From a virus: DNA of 64,000 nucleotides. Positions 1-9,508 of the stretch are shown here, piece after piece; within the stretch, counting starts at the first letter, position 1, and every line of letters starts with the position of its first letter. The position numbers were made by a program, and so were the translations under genes. The notes under the pieces are model-generated. The model saw nothing but the letters and a program-made list of their open reading frames with translations. It did not search any database and was not told where the DNA came from. Where the stretch lies: the IMG/VR virus record IMGVR_UViG_3300046791_000258, positions 4,649 to 68,648 of that record. One strand, 5' to 3'.

Positions 1-63
1 TTCCGCGATCAGGACTGCCTGGGCGTCGTCACCTCCGATCCGCTCAAGATCAAGACGAGCTAG
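1..63 (+). CDS. 3' end of a probable GroES/Cpn10-like phage co-chaperonin (partial)
   Basis: Frame 1 reads FRDQDCLGVVTSDPLKIKTS*, resembling the C-terminal strand of GroES-like proteins that precede the scaffold gene in related phages; only 20 codons are visible. Confidence 0.4.
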   Translation, partial: FRDQDCLGVVTSDPLKIKTS

Positions 64-75
64 TGGGGGCAAGCC

Positions 76-1323
76 ATGGCACGTGACACGACACGAGTGG
101 CCCGCGGGCAGCGCGGGTTCGATGAGCACGGCGATCCGCAGCTGGGTCACGATGAAGCTCTGGTCGGCGGGGCCGACGATCAAGCTGCGACTATCACCAT
201 CGATCCTAGCGAGCTCGCCAACAATCCGTTCCTGGGCAGCGAGGATGACGACGACTGGGACAAGGGTGGTGACGGCAAGCAGCCGGGTAAGACCGGCGAC
301 GCGCCGCCGCGCCGCGAGGAGCCCCGCACCCAGCGGGTAGAGCCCGAGGACGAGGACGAAGACATCCGGCTCGCCTACGACGAGGGCGAAGGAGAGGAAC
401 GCGGTGGTCGTCGCTCCAGGCGCAATCGCTCGCGCCGGCAGGCGATCGACACCCGCGACCAGACGATCGTGTCGCTGACCGAGCGCATCGCGCGCCAGGA
501 GCAGATGCTGTCAGGCTTGGTCGGTGGCCAGCTCAATTTGTCGGCTCGCGACATCGATCAGCGGATCCAGTACCACCAGAACGCGATCGACCGGGCTGAC
601 GTTGAGATCGCCAAGGCGATCAAAGAAGCCGACGGCGACACCGCGGTCGCCATCACGCGCGAGCGCGACAAGATCATTGCCGGCCTGTTCCAGCTTCGTC
701 AGGCCCGTCAGGGTATGGAGGAGCGCGCCAAGGAGATGGCCGAGGGTGGCCAAGCAGGCCGTCAGCCACCGCCCGAGGTTCGCCAGCAGCTCGCTGCTCA
801 GGACGAGCAGTTCGAGCGCATGCGCGACGTTTTTCTAGATCGCTACTCGTGGTTCGATCCCGAGCAGGGTGACGACCCCGACCACGACTTCGTCAAGCGG
901 ATCGACCGCAAGCTGGTGGATGAAGGCTACAGCCGCCACACCCAGGCCTTCTGGCATGAAATGGAGAGGCGCATGAAGACAGCTGGGTTCCGACCCGATA
1001 GTGGTGGGCGCGACGAGCGCCTCAACGACGACGACGATGATCGCGGCAATCGACGCGACTTCCAGAGCCGGCGTGAGACCAACGGCCACGACAATGGTGG
1101 GCCGGTGCGTCGCTCGCGCTTGCCTCCGACCGGGCGCGTGCATTCGCAGAGCCGACCTGGACGTGGCGATCGCGCCTTCCAGCTCGGCGACGAGCAGATC
1201 GACCTGCTGCGCCAGGAGGGGCTGCTCGACAACAAGCTCAGCGAGGAAGATCAGGCCAAGAAGGACCGCATCATCGGCAAGTGGCGACGCGGTGCTGAGG
1301 CTCTGCAGGCGACCCGGAGGTAG
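76..1323 (+). CDS. Putative capsid scaffolding protein
   Basis: Acidic disordered N-terminus, central coiled coil, charged C-terminus; lies upstream of the head genes. Confidence 0.6.
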   Translation: MARDTTRVARGQRGFDEHGDPQLGHDEALVGGADDQAATITIDPSELANNPFLGSEDDDDWDKGGDGKQPGKTGDAPPRREEPRTQRVEPEDEDEDIRLAYDEGEGEERGGRRSRRNRSRRQAIDTRDQTIVSLTERIARQEQMLSGLVGGQLNLSARDIDQRIQYHQNAIDRADVEIAKAIKEADGDTAVAITRERDKIIAGLFQLRQARQGMEERAKEMAEGGQAGRQPPPEVRQQLAAQDEQFERMRDVFLDRYSWFDPEQGDDPDHDFVKRIDRKLVDEGYSRHTQAFWHEMERRMKTAGFRPDSGGRDERLNDDDDDRGNRRDFQSRRETNGHDNGGPVRRSRLPPTGRVHSQSRPGRGDRAFQLGDEQIDLLRQEGLLDNKLSEEDQAKKDRIIGKWRRGAEALQATRR

Positions 1324-1325
1324 GC

Positions 1326-2057
1326 ATGTCGAACGGCAAGAACGGCAACAAGATCCCTCCTGGTGTCCCCAACCCAGGCGGCAGCGATCTCAGTCAGCCA
1401 ACCGCCGATGAGGCGACCATGAGCGAGGCGCAGCGGCGCGCCGACGAGATGCGGTCCCTGGTCGAGCAGGATCTCGGTCGAGACCGCGACGAGCGCTTTC
1501 GCCTGGACGACAAGGACGGCCGCGACGAAGACCTCGACATGGCGCGCGGTGGCGAGCGGGCCTACAGCCGCGACCAGTGGGATCGCTCGATGGTGCCGAC
1601 CGACCCCGAGCGCCGGCGCCTGATCCAGTCGCGCTTCCGCGACAGCGTGCTGCCCAACTTGCCCAAGCGCGAGGGCTGGCGCCGCTGCTGGGTCTCGACG
1701 ACCCACAACTACGACACGCCGCAGTTCCGCATCGGCATCGGCTATCACTTCTGCACCTACGAGCAGCTCGCCCAGGAGGGTTGGTCGGCCGACGCCTACG
1801 CGGTCAAGGACAGCCGCAACGTCTACTCGGGCTGCGTGATGTGGCGCGAGATGATCGCCATGGAGACCGACGAAAAGAATTGGTACACGATCATGCGCGA
1901 GCTCCACCACGATCAGCCCTACGAGCTGTCCAGGGGCATCTACGACACGCTGGACGCAGCGGGCGAACGGGTGCGTGATGCGGGTGGTCGAACCTCGATG
2001 GCCCCAGGCATGGAGCAGCTGCGCACCTACACACGGCCGCCGAAACAGTTCGACTGA
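1326..2057 (+). CDS. Conserved head-region hypothetical protein
   Basis: SD (GGAGG) present; globular C-half (LPNLPKREGWRRCWVST...GY); typical position between scaffold and capsid genes. Confidence 0.65.
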   Translation: MSNGKNGNKIPPGVPNPGGSDLSQPTADEATMSEAQRRADEMRSLVEQDLGRDRDERFRLDDKDGRDEDLDMARGGERAYSRDQWDRSMVPTDPERRRLIQSRFRDSVLPNLPKREGWRRCWVSTTHNYDTPQFRIGIGYHFCTYEQLAQEGWSADAYAVKDSRNVYSGCVMWREMIAMETDEKNWYTIMRELHHDQPYELSRGIYDTLDAAGERVRDAGGRTSMAPGMEQLRTYTRPPKQFD

Positions 2058-2121
2058 TCACCGCGTTGTCATCGTTGAGAGCGACTATGCTCTCGGTTCA
2101 CTCCTTGAAAGGGAGATCCTG

Positions 2122-2448
2122 ATGCTCGTCTACATTCACCAGCTCGGCGGCAACTTCGCCACCATCACGCCTGTCGGCGCTGTCGATCCCGGTTTCGGTG
2201 TCGGTGGCATGCCTCACCCTGGTCACGGCCTGCCCGGCATGCCGCACCCTGGTCACGCGCTGCCGCCGCATCTGCCGGGCGTTCCTGACAACACGCTGCC
2301 GACCACGCCGCCGCCGCATCCGACGCCGGGCACGGTCGTCGTCCTGGCACGCGACACTGCCGGCGTGTGGCACTGGGCTGCGATCCCGGCCAACGTGATG
2401 CCGACACCGCTCCCCGTTCCGCCGCCGACCGCTGCACCCAAGACCTAA
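2122..2448 (+). CDS. Pro/His/Gly-rich repeat protein
   Basis: GGGAG SD then ATG at 2122; repeats GMPHPGHGLP/GMPHPGHALP and PDNTLP. Confidence 0.6.
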   Translation: MLVYIHQLGGNFATITPVGAVDPGFGVGGMPHPGHGLPGMPHPGHALPPHLPGVPDNTLPTTPPPHPTPGTVVVLARDTAGVWHWAAIPANVMPTPLPVPPPTAAPKT

Positions 2449-2451
2449 CGC

Positions 2452-2494
2452 TTGACGACAACACGAGCGCGAGCATAACCTCCTCGCGCTCGTG
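2452..2494 (+). promoter_or_regulatory. Candidate promoter for the capsid operon, overlapped by a 12-bp inverted repeat
   Basis: TTGACG (2452-2457), N16, CATAAC (2474-2479); CACGAGCGCGAG 2462-2473 pairs with CTCGCGCTCGTG 2483-2494. Confidence 0.45.
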
Positions 2495-2495
2495 C

Positions 2496-2700
2496 CTTGC
2501 CCGCACGTGTCCGCCGTAATGGCAGGAGTCAGCCACCCGGGTCTGATCAACCCGATGAAGAGCTGGTTTAACCACTACGGTTCGGACCTGCGGCAAGTCT
2601 GACGGCCTGGAAGTCCCCGCTGTAGGCACAGCGATGAAGGGCATCCGCCTCTGAAGGAGCATCCGTTTAACCAACGGTCGCGCTTGCTTTGCGCGCTTCG
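2496..2700 (+). ncRNA. Candidate structured RNA / 5' leader upstream of the capsid genes
   Basis: Long irregular stem 2496-2522 with 2572-2597, nested hairpins, repeated hairpin+ATGAAG and TTTAACCA motifs. Confidence 0.45.
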
Positions 2701-2708
2701 GAGGAACC

Positions 2709-3269
2709 ATGTCAGCTCTTGCAGCCCCCTCGGGGGTTCGGGTGGCGTCCCACGTCAGCGGCGACCCCCGCTTCATCGTGCTTGAGGACGGCATTCTGTC
2801 GACCTACGGCACCAACCTCTTCACCGGCACGCCGGTGCAGATGGGCACCAACGGCACCATCATCGACGGCTCAGGCGCCGCAGCACCGATCTTCGGCATC
2901 TTCGCCGGCTGCGAGTTCACCCAGCCCGATGGCATGCGGCGCATCCTGCCGTACTGGCCGGCTGGCCAGACCTACATCGCCAAGTCGATGCTCGCCAAGA
3001 TCGTGCCGATCAACGACCCAGGCGTCATCCTGATCGGTCAGTCGGGCGCCACCGTCGCGGCCACCGCGCGCGGCGAGAGCATCGGCACTGCCGCTGTCTC
3101 GGGCTCGACGATGACTGGTCTCAGCTCGCAGGCGCTGACCGCGCCGGCCGGCGTCGGCCCTGGTTCATTCACCATTCTGGATCTCGTCAAGCAGCCCGAC
3201 AACGATTGGGGTGACCCCTTCGTGTGGCTGTACCTGATGATCCAGACCAAACAGGGCCCAGTGGCCTAG
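2709..3269 (+). CDS. Capsid decoration/cement-like head protein
   Basis: GGAGG SD; immediately upstream of the MCP; small beta-rich sequence (GIFAGCEF). Confidence 0.6.
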   Translation: MSALAAPSGVRVASHVSGDPRFIVLEDGILSTYGTNLFTGTPVQMGTNGTIIDGSGAAAPIFGIFAGCEFTQPDGMRRILPYWPAGQTYIAKSMLAKIVPINDPGVILIGQSGATVAATARGESIGTAAVSGSTMTGLSSQALTAPAGVGPGSFTILDLVKQPDNDWGDPFVWLYLMIQTKQGPVA

Positions 3270-3284
3270 GAAGGGAGCTGATCG

Positions 3285-4196
3285 ATGCCTACTCCGATGA
3301 ACAGCTCCCAGTTTCGAATCCTGGTCGAGCCTATTCTCTCCGAGCACTTCGACGGTCTCTACGACATCCGCAAGGAGTATCGTGAGATCTTCCGGGTGAA
3401 GCCCGGCATCCAGCGCTCCTATCACATGGAGCCTGTGATGTACGGCCTCGGCATGGCGCCGCAGATGGGTGAAGGCGGCCCCGTGACCTACCGCGCTGGT
3501 GGCGTGGTCTTCAACAAGACCTACGTGTTCCGCCAGTACGGCATCGCCTTTGGCCTCACCAAGGTGCTCGTCGAGGACGGCGATCACATTTCCATCGGCC
3601 GGATCTACTCCGAGCAGATGGGCCAGGGCATGGTCGAGACCGAGGAGACCGAAACCGCGAACGTGCTCAACCGCGCGTTCAACGGCAACTACCTGGGTGG
3701 TGACGGTCAACCGCTGTGCTCGCCTAACCATCCGGTGGTCGGCGGCGTTCAGTCGAACCAGCTCGCGACGCCTGCAGCGCTCTCGCAGACCAGCGTGCAG
3801 TCGACCCTCACGCAGATCCGGCGTGCCCAGGACAACGATCTCAAGCGCGTGCGGGTCACGCCGCGCAAGCTGATCGTTGCTCCCGACAATGAGTGGCAGG
3901 CCGAGATCATCACCAAGTCGGCGCTGTCGACCGGTGGTGCGAACAACGACATCAACCCCGTGATGTCGACCAAAGCGTTGCCCGAGGGCTACGTGGTCAT
4001 CACCCGTCTCTCTTCGCCGACGGCGTGGTGGATCAAGACCGATGAGCAGATGGGCCTGCAGTTCCTGACGCGCCGCATGGCGCAGAAGAGCATGGAAGGC
4101 GACTTCAACAGCGACACGATGCGCTACAAGTGCACCAGCCGCTGGGACGCCTCCTGGACCAACTGGCGCACCGTCTACGGCACCGCAGGCGCCTAA
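3285..4196 (+). CDS. Major capsid protein (Mu gpT-like, HK97 fold)
   Basis: 303 aa; motifs FRILVEP, GGDGQPLCSPNHP, PRKLIVAP, LSSPTAWWIKTD, GDFNSDTMRYK and WRTVYG typical of gpT-like MCPs. Confidence 0.88.
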   Translation: MPTPMNSSQFRILVEPILSEHFDGLYDIRKEYREIFRVKPGIQRSYHMEPVMYGLGMAPQMGEGGPVTYRAGGVVFNKTYVFRQYGIAFGLTKVLVEDGDHISIGRIYSEQMGQGMVETEETETANVLNRAFNGNYLGGDGQPLCSPNHPVVGGVQSNQLATPAALSQTSVQSTLTQIRRAQDNDLKRVRVTPRKLIVAPDNEWQAEIITKSALSTGGANNDINPVMSTKALPEGYVVITRLSSPTAWWIKTDEQMGLQFLTRRMAQKSMEGDFNSDTMRYKCTSRWDASWTNWRTVYGTAGA

Positions 4197-4212
4197 AACG
4201 GCTGCGTTATGT

Positions 4213-4248
4213 GCACCGGCACTCGCCCTCACGAGTGCCGGTGTCTTC
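4213..4248 (+). terminator. Hairpin after the MCP (terminator/attenuator)
   Basis: 12-bp stem CACCGGCACTCG / CGAGTGCCGGTG with 6-nt loop; weak U tract. Confidence 0.55.
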
Positions 4249-4342
4249 CAAGCGGTGTCAGCCGCCATCAACCTGACAGAAGGCAAAAAGACGGTCGGCC
4301 CGAGCCGGCGGCTCCCGGCAGAGCAAAGTAAGGATCCGAGCC

Positions 4343-5047
4343 ATGGCCCTCACGTCGGTTACTCGCTACCCCGGTGGCGTCAACAATGCCCTGGTGAGCG
4401 ATGGTCTCGCCGATCTCAAGCTCCCGACGGCGTTCGACTACAATCTGCTCCAGGACGACTTCAACACCTACGTCGCGGCCAACTGGACCGTCGGCGGCAC
4501 GCTGCCCGGTGTGCCCGCTCTGGTCGCTGGTGCGGCTGGTGACGGTGGCATTCTGGCGATCCCGACCACGGCTGCGGTCAGCGAGACGTCGGTGGCTCTG
4601 CCCAACCTCACGATCACGCCGGCCATCAACAAGGATCTGTTCGTCGCGGCGCGGCTCAAGCTCGACGACGCGATCCTCGGCGGCTTCTTCTTCGGCATCG
4701 GCACGGTGGCGGCCAACCCGCTTGGCGTGTCGCCGACCGACGGGATCTACTTCCGCAAGCTGGTTGGCACCTTCACGCCCCAGGTCATCCTGCGCATCGG
4801 CAGCGTCGATGTCGCGGTGCTCACCTCGCCGATCGATATGGCGAGCAACACTTGGTACGACCTCGTGATCGCCTACACGGCCATCGACGGTGCTCTGCGC
4901 GCCTTCGTTAACGATGGCTCGGTGCGGGTCGCGACCAACCCGGCCAGCCTGGGCGGCGTGCCGATGAGCCTGATCTTCTCGGCGCGCACGGCGGCGACGC
5001 TGCGCACGCTCAGCGTCGACAACTACCTGATCGCCAAGGCGCGTTAG
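4343..5047 (+). CDS. Virion structural protein (beta-sandwich/lectin-like)
   Basis: TRYPGGV N-terminus, DDF motif, beta-rich; position after the MCP. Confidence 0.6.
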   Translation: MALTSVTRYPGGVNNALVSDGLADLKLPTAFDYNLLQDDFNTYVAANWTVGGTLPGVPALVAGAAGDGGILAIPTTAAVSETSVALPNLTITPAINKDLFVAARLKLDDAILGGFFFGIGTVAANPLGVSPTDGIYFRKLVGTFTPQVILRIGSVDVAVLTSPIDMASNTWYDLVIAYTAIDGALRAFVNDGSVRVATNPASLGGVPMSLIFSARTAATLRTLSVDNYLIAKAR

Positions 5048-5050
5048 GTT

Positions 5051-5341
5051 ATGGCCAACAGCAAGGTCACGCTGCTGAACCAGTCGGCGGCCGGCACGGG
5101 CACGGTCTTCGCCTGCGATTGGCAGGTCGAGCCGACGCAGCAGCGTCGCATCTTCGTGACGATGAACGCCGCCGACAGCATCCTGGTCGAGGGTTCGCCC
5201 GACGGCGTACAGTGGACGCCGTTGATCGCGGCCTTCACCGGCAGCGTCAGCGGGTTCCTCCTGGTCGAGGGGCCCGTTGCATACATCCGCGCGACCAAGA
5301 CCGGCGCCGCGGGCAATGCTCTGGTGACGGGTCTGATCTAG
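5051..5341 (+). CDS. Small virion structural protein
   Basis: 96 aa beta-rich (VEGSPDGVQW...YIRA), within the structural operon. Confidence 0.55.
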   Translation: MANSKVTLLNQSAAGTGTVFACDWQVEPTQQRRIFVTMNAADSILVEGSPDGVQWTPLIAAFTGSVSGFLLVEGPVAYIRATKTGAAGNALVTGLI

Positions 5342-5353
5342 GAAGGAGAGCGC

Positions 5354-6427
5354 ATGAGCACGTCCGGCAGCAACACCGGAGGCCTGCGCGCCTACACTGC
5401 CCGGCAGATCCTGGAGCGCGCTCTCAGGCAGGCTGGCGTGAAGCCGGCGCAGTTCACCTCCGAGATGGTCGAGACCTCGTTCGACGTCTTCAACACGATG
5501 CTCGAAGAAATGTTGAACCTCGGCATGCAGCTGTGGGGACGCGATCGCGTGTTCCTGCCGCTCTACATCAATCGGGTCACGGCGCCGACGCCGATTGGCA
5601 CTTCGGTCGTGCTCGACGTTCAGCAGCGCACTTTGATGCGGCCGACGCCTCTTGCAGTGAACTCCGACCAGGGTGGCATTGCCGCTCTTGCGTTCGACGG
5701 TGATCTCAACACGAGCTGCGATCAGATCGCTCCGATGGGTGTGATCACGGCGCAGTATGCGTTGCCCGGCACGAGCTTCTCGAACTACGGCATCTTCTTC
5801 ACGACGGCCGGCCTGTACGGTTGGATGGTCGAGTATTCGACCGACGGCGCCAACTGGGTGGCGGTCGACGGCGTCTCGGTCGACGTCCAGGCGGGCCAGT
5901 GGCTGTGGCGCGAGCTCGACGGTGTGCCGTCGAACTGCATCGGCATGCGGGTGCGTTCGGTCGATCCTCTGATGCCGCTCCACATCGGCGAGCTCTACTT
6001 CGGGAACAACCCGACCGACATCCCGATCGGCGTGATGACCAAGGACGACTACGACTCGCTGCCTGACAAGACGACGCCTGGGCCGCCGTGGACGTGGTAC
6101 CAGGACCGCATCCTGCCATCGCCGGTGCTCTACTTGTGGCCGCGGCCCAACGATCTCGCGAAGTTCATGTCCCTGGTGGTGCGTCGTCGGCGCTACCTCG
6201 ATCAGGTCACCGACATGAGCCAGACGCTCGACATCAGCCCCAGGTGGAACGAGGCGATCACCTGTTCGATGGCGCGGCGTTTGTGCAAGGAGATCCCCGA
6301 GGCTCAGCTCGCTCGTCTGCAGATGCTGACCAGCGAGGAGGGCACGGCCATGCAGCTCGCGATCGCCGAGGAACGTGATCCGGCGCCGATGCGCTATAAT
6401 CCTGGCCTGGAGGTCTACAACTTCTGA
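5354..6427 (+). CDS. Head-tail adaptor / tail tubular A-like protein with an inserted discoidin (F5/8 type C)-like domain
   Basis: Helical adaptor-like termini (ILERALRQAG; LYLWPRP; EAITCSMARRL) flanking AFDGDLNT...VEYSTDGANW...ELYF. Confidence 0.6.
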   Translation: MSTSGSNTGGLRAYTARQILERALRQAGVKPAQFTSEMVETSFDVFNTMLEEMLNLGMQLWGRDRVFLPLYINRVTAPTPIGTSVVLDVQQRTLMRPTPLAVNSDQGGIAALAFDGDLNTSCDQIAPMGVITAQYALPGTSFSNYGIFFTTAGLYGWMVEYSTDGANWVAVDGVSVDVQAGQWLWRELDGVPSNCIGMRVRSVDPLMPLHIGELYFGNNPTDIPIGVMTKDDYDSLPDKTTPGPPWTWYQDRILPSPVLYLWPRPNDLAKFMSLVVRRRRYLDQVTDMSQTLDISPRWNEAITCSMARRLCKEIPEAQLARLQMLTSEEGTAMQLAIAEERDPAPMRYNPGLEVYNF

Positions 6428-6729
6428 TGCCCGTGTTCATCAACACGAAAGGTGAGTCCACGCTCGGTATCGCGCTCTGCTCGCGTTGTCAGCGCAAGGC
6501 GAAGCTTGCCGATCTGATGGACGACGGCAACATCCCGGGCTTCAAGGTGCACCGCCCCGAGCTGTCGCCTGGGTGCTGGGACAACTACGATCCGATGCGC
6601 CTGCCGCCGCGCGCGCCCGACAAGTACATCCTGCCCTTCGTTCGGCCCGACCAGGACATCTCGATGAGCGAGGCGGCGCAGCTCGAAGCCGGTTTGCCTC
6701 TCACGCCGCCACCGCCTGATGGAGACTAG
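6427..6729 (+). CDS. Small Cys-containing conserved phage protein
   Basis: CSRC...CWD...P..RPD; translationally coupled (TGATG). Confidence 0.6.
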   Translation: MPVFINTKGESTLGIALCSRCQRKAKLADLMDDGNIPGFKVHRPELSPGCWDNYDPMRLPPRAPDKYILPFVRPDQDISMSEAAQLEAGLPLTPPPPDGD

Positions 6730-6731
6730 GC

Positions 6732-7391
6732 ATGGTCGACGCTGGCCCTACCGGAATGACGTTCGGCTCGCTGGTCGACGACCTCAAGCGATACGCCGAG
6801 CGTGGTGGTGTGCTCGACGAAGACGTCGCGATCCAGATCCCGCGCATCATCAACAACACCGAGCGCGACCTTGCCGACGAGATGAAGATCCTGGGCTACC
6901 TGGACAGCTACGTCAGCAAGATGAAGATCGGCCAACCGCGGATCTCCAAGCCGGGCAACTGGCGTTCAACGGTGTCGATCAACTTCGGCACGGGCGTCGA
7001 CATGCGCCGCCGCAAGTCACTGCGGCTGCGCAGCTACGAGTACGTTCGCGCGCTCTATCCTGACGACAGCCAGCTCGGCGAGCCCGAGTTCGTCGCCGAC
7101 TACACCAACAAGATCTGGCTGGTGAAGCCGTCGCCCAACAATGAGTTCCCGTTCGAGGCGATGATCTGGAAGCTGCCCGATCTTCTGTCGGAGTCGAACA
7201 AGGCCAACTACTTGACCGAGATGGTGCCCAACCTGTTGCTCTACCGGTCGCTCCAGGGGCTGGCGATCTACCTTAAGGATCCGGCCTCGGCGGGCCTGTG
7301 GAAGGGTTTCGCCGACGAACGCAAGGCGGCGGTGACCGAGCAGGACTTCAAGCGGATGACCGACCGCGCCCAGGTGAGGAGCACCGCATGA
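6732..7391 (+). CDS. Head-tail connector/adaptor protein
   Basis: IPRIINNTERDL, P..P, NYLTEMVPNLLLY pattern typical of podoviral adaptor proteins. Confidence 0.6.
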   Translation: MVDAGPTGMTFGSLVDDLKRYAERGGVLDEDVAIQIPRIINNTERDLADEMKILGYLDSYVSKMKIGQPRISKPGNWRSTVSINFGTGVDMRRRKSLRLRSYEYVRALYPDDSQLGEPEFVADYTNKIWLVKPSPNNEFPFEAMIWKLPDLLSESNKANYLTEMVPNLLLYRSLQGLAIYLKDPASAGLWKGFADERKAAVTEQDFKRMTDRAQVRSTA

Positions 7392-9508
7392 GCCCTCCAC
7401 TCGACAGCGACAGCTACGACGCAACATTTGGCGGTGAGAACCGTTCGCCGGCGCAGATCGACTATGTCGCCTACACGACCGACGTCGATCTCCATCTGCG
7501 CTGGCCGTTCCTGGCGGAAGACGGCGCCTTCATCGCGCCGGCCAAGCTCGACATCATCGCATCGGGTGTTGGTCTCAAGATCTTCATGCCGGACGCTTCG
7601 ATTGCGTCGGTCGGTCAGGACTGTCTGGTCCGCAACATCGGAGTCAATGCCTTCACGGTCTGCGACTTCGACGGCAACGTCATCGTCAACATCACGTCGG
7701 GCTTGCAGTGGCTGGTGTGGATCGTCAACGACGACACGCCGGCCGGGCAGTGGGCGTCGGTGCAGTTTGGCGCCAGTGTCTCGAATGCCAATGCAGCGTC
7801 CCTCGCCGGCGCCGGCCTGCGTGCCGACATCACCCGGCTCGACCAGCATCTCATCACGACGCCTCTGCTCAGCGCCCATGCTCTGACGGCGTCTGACCGA
7901 GCTCGCGTGCTGCAGAACAACGGCGGCACAGTGACCTGGACGATTGCCGATGCCAATGTGCTGGGCAACGGCTGGTTCTGCTACATCATCAACAGCGGCA
8001 GCGGCTCTCTGACCATCGATCCGGTGGTGGCCGGTCAGACTGTCGACGGCAGCGGCACCAAGGTGTTCGCTCCAGGCGAGAACGCCATCCTGTTCTGCGA
8101 CGGCAGCAATTTCATCACCGTGGGTTATGGCCGCTCGTTGGTCAGCACGGTGAGCGGCACTTCGATCAGTCTTGCCCCGGGCGGTCTGTTCGTCCTCACG
8201 CCGACGCAGATCGCCGCCCAGGTGCAGAACTGGACGGGCACGCTGACCAGCAACGCCATCCTCGAATATGGTGGCGGCGTCGGTTACTGGTTCGTCTGGA
8301 ACAACACCACCGGTGCCTTCACCGTGACGGCGCGCACCGGCGCGCTAGATCCAGGCGCGGTGATCCCCCAGGGCGCCTTTTCGATCATCCGCTCCGACGG
8401 TGCCAACATGCATGTCGCCTTCACGGCGACGACCGGCACGGTGAGCTTGATCAACACCCAGGCGGGCGAGCTGGTCGGTGGTCCGATCACGTCGACTGGC
8501 ACCATCGGTCTCGCCGACACGCTGGCGGGTGCCGGCTCGATTGGATCTCCTGGTACGAGCCCGGCCGATCCGGCGCTGGTTCCTGGCGTCGACTTCGACA
8601 TCAAGGGACGCATCACCGCGGCGGGTCAGTACCCTCTCAACATCAGCCGTTCGGTGCCGGTTACCAGCGAGCTGTTCGCCGCGGTGCTCACCGACGAGAC
8701 GGGCTTCGTGCCTGCGGTGGCGGTGCCACCGACGCCGGCGCGCGGTGTCGCGGTGTTCAGCGCTGGTCCAACCATCGATGATGCTGTCCTGGCCGGTGCG
8801 CCGACTGCACCGACGGCGCCGGCTACACCCAATAGCATCCCCAACAAGGCTTATGTCGACGCTGCCATCGCGGCCGCGGTCGGCGCGCTGTTCACCTTCA
8901 AGACCGGCGACATTAAGTACACGCTGAACGGCACGCTCGATGCGGGCTTCCTCTTTCTCGATGGCAGCACGCTGGGAGATGCCACGTCGGGGGCGACCCA
9001 TGTCGGCGTGACGTTCCAGCCGCTCTACGAGTTCCTCTGGAACAACTTCAACAACACGCTGTGCCCGGTGTCGGGCGGTCGAACCGGCTCGGCCACGGCC
9101 GACTTCAACGCGCACAAGACGCTGCAGATGATCGACGCCCGCGGTCGCGTGTTGGCTGGCGCAGACAACATGGGCGGCGTCGCTGCGGGAAGGCTCGGCC
9201 CTCCGTCTGATGCGGGAGGCATCATGACAGCGGCCACGCCCGGCGTGTCGGGTGGTCAGCAGAGCCATGTGTTGACTGCGGCTGAAATCCCGCCAGGAAT
9301 TAACTCCCCCGCTTCGGTTCTATCGCTTGAGCCGAGCGGTCCGTCTCTTGGTAATTGTGTTTTCTCGGGTGGCGGGGCATTTCAGTACAACTGGACAAAC
9401 CAAACGGGGGCCTACGGCGACCCGGCAGCGGCACCGCCACGCTCAGTCGCTAAGTCGCACAACGTCGTGCAGCCGACCGTGGTGTGCAACGTGCTGGTGA
9501 AGATCTGA
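7388..9508 (+). CDS. Tail/baseplate fibre-like protein with a C-terminal tail-collar-like domain
   Basis: ATG at 7388 overlaps the upstream stop; fibre motifs (GGPITSTGTIGL, D.KGRITAA, NKAYVD); collar-like TGDIK...DARGRVLAGADNMGG...HNVVQPT. Confidence 0.7.
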   Translation: MSPPLDSDSYDATFGGENRSPAQIDYVAYTTDVDLHLRWPFLAEDGAFIAPAKLDIIASGVGLKIFMPDASIASVGQDCLVRNIGVNAFTVCDFDGNVIVNITSGLQWLVWIVNDDTPAGQWASVQFGASVSNANAASLAGAGLRADITRLDQHLITTPLLSAHALTASDRARVLQNNGGTVTWTIADANVLGNGWFCYIINSGSGSLTIDPVVAGQTVDGSGTKVFAPGENAILFCDGSNFITVGYGRSLVSTVSGTSISLAPGGLFVLTPTQIAAQVQNWTGTLTSNAILEYGGGVGYWFVWNNTTGAFTVTARTGALDPGAVIPQGAFSIIRSDGANMHVAFTATTGTVSLINTQAGELVGGPITSTGTIGLADTLAGAGSIGSPGTSPADPALVPGVDFDIKGRITAAGQYPLNISRSVPVTSELFAAVLTDETGFVPAVAVPPTPARGVAVFSAGPTIDDAVLAGAPTAPTAPATPNSIPNKAYVDAAIAAAVGALFTFKTGDIKYTLNGTLDAGFLFLDGSTLGDATSGATHVGVTFQPLYEFLWNNFNNTLCPVSGGRTGSATADFNAHKTLQMIDARGRVLAGADNMGGVAAGRLGPPSDAGGIMTAATPGVSGGQQSHVLTAAEIPPGINSPASVLSLEPSGPSLGNCVFSGGGAFQYNWTNQTGAYGDPAAAPPRSVAKSHNVVQPTVVCNVLVKI

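Noticed and set aside
2540-2670. Hammerhead ribozyme (CTGATCA / CTGAAGGA)
   Set aside because: No CUGANGA core combined with GAAA; architecture does not fit
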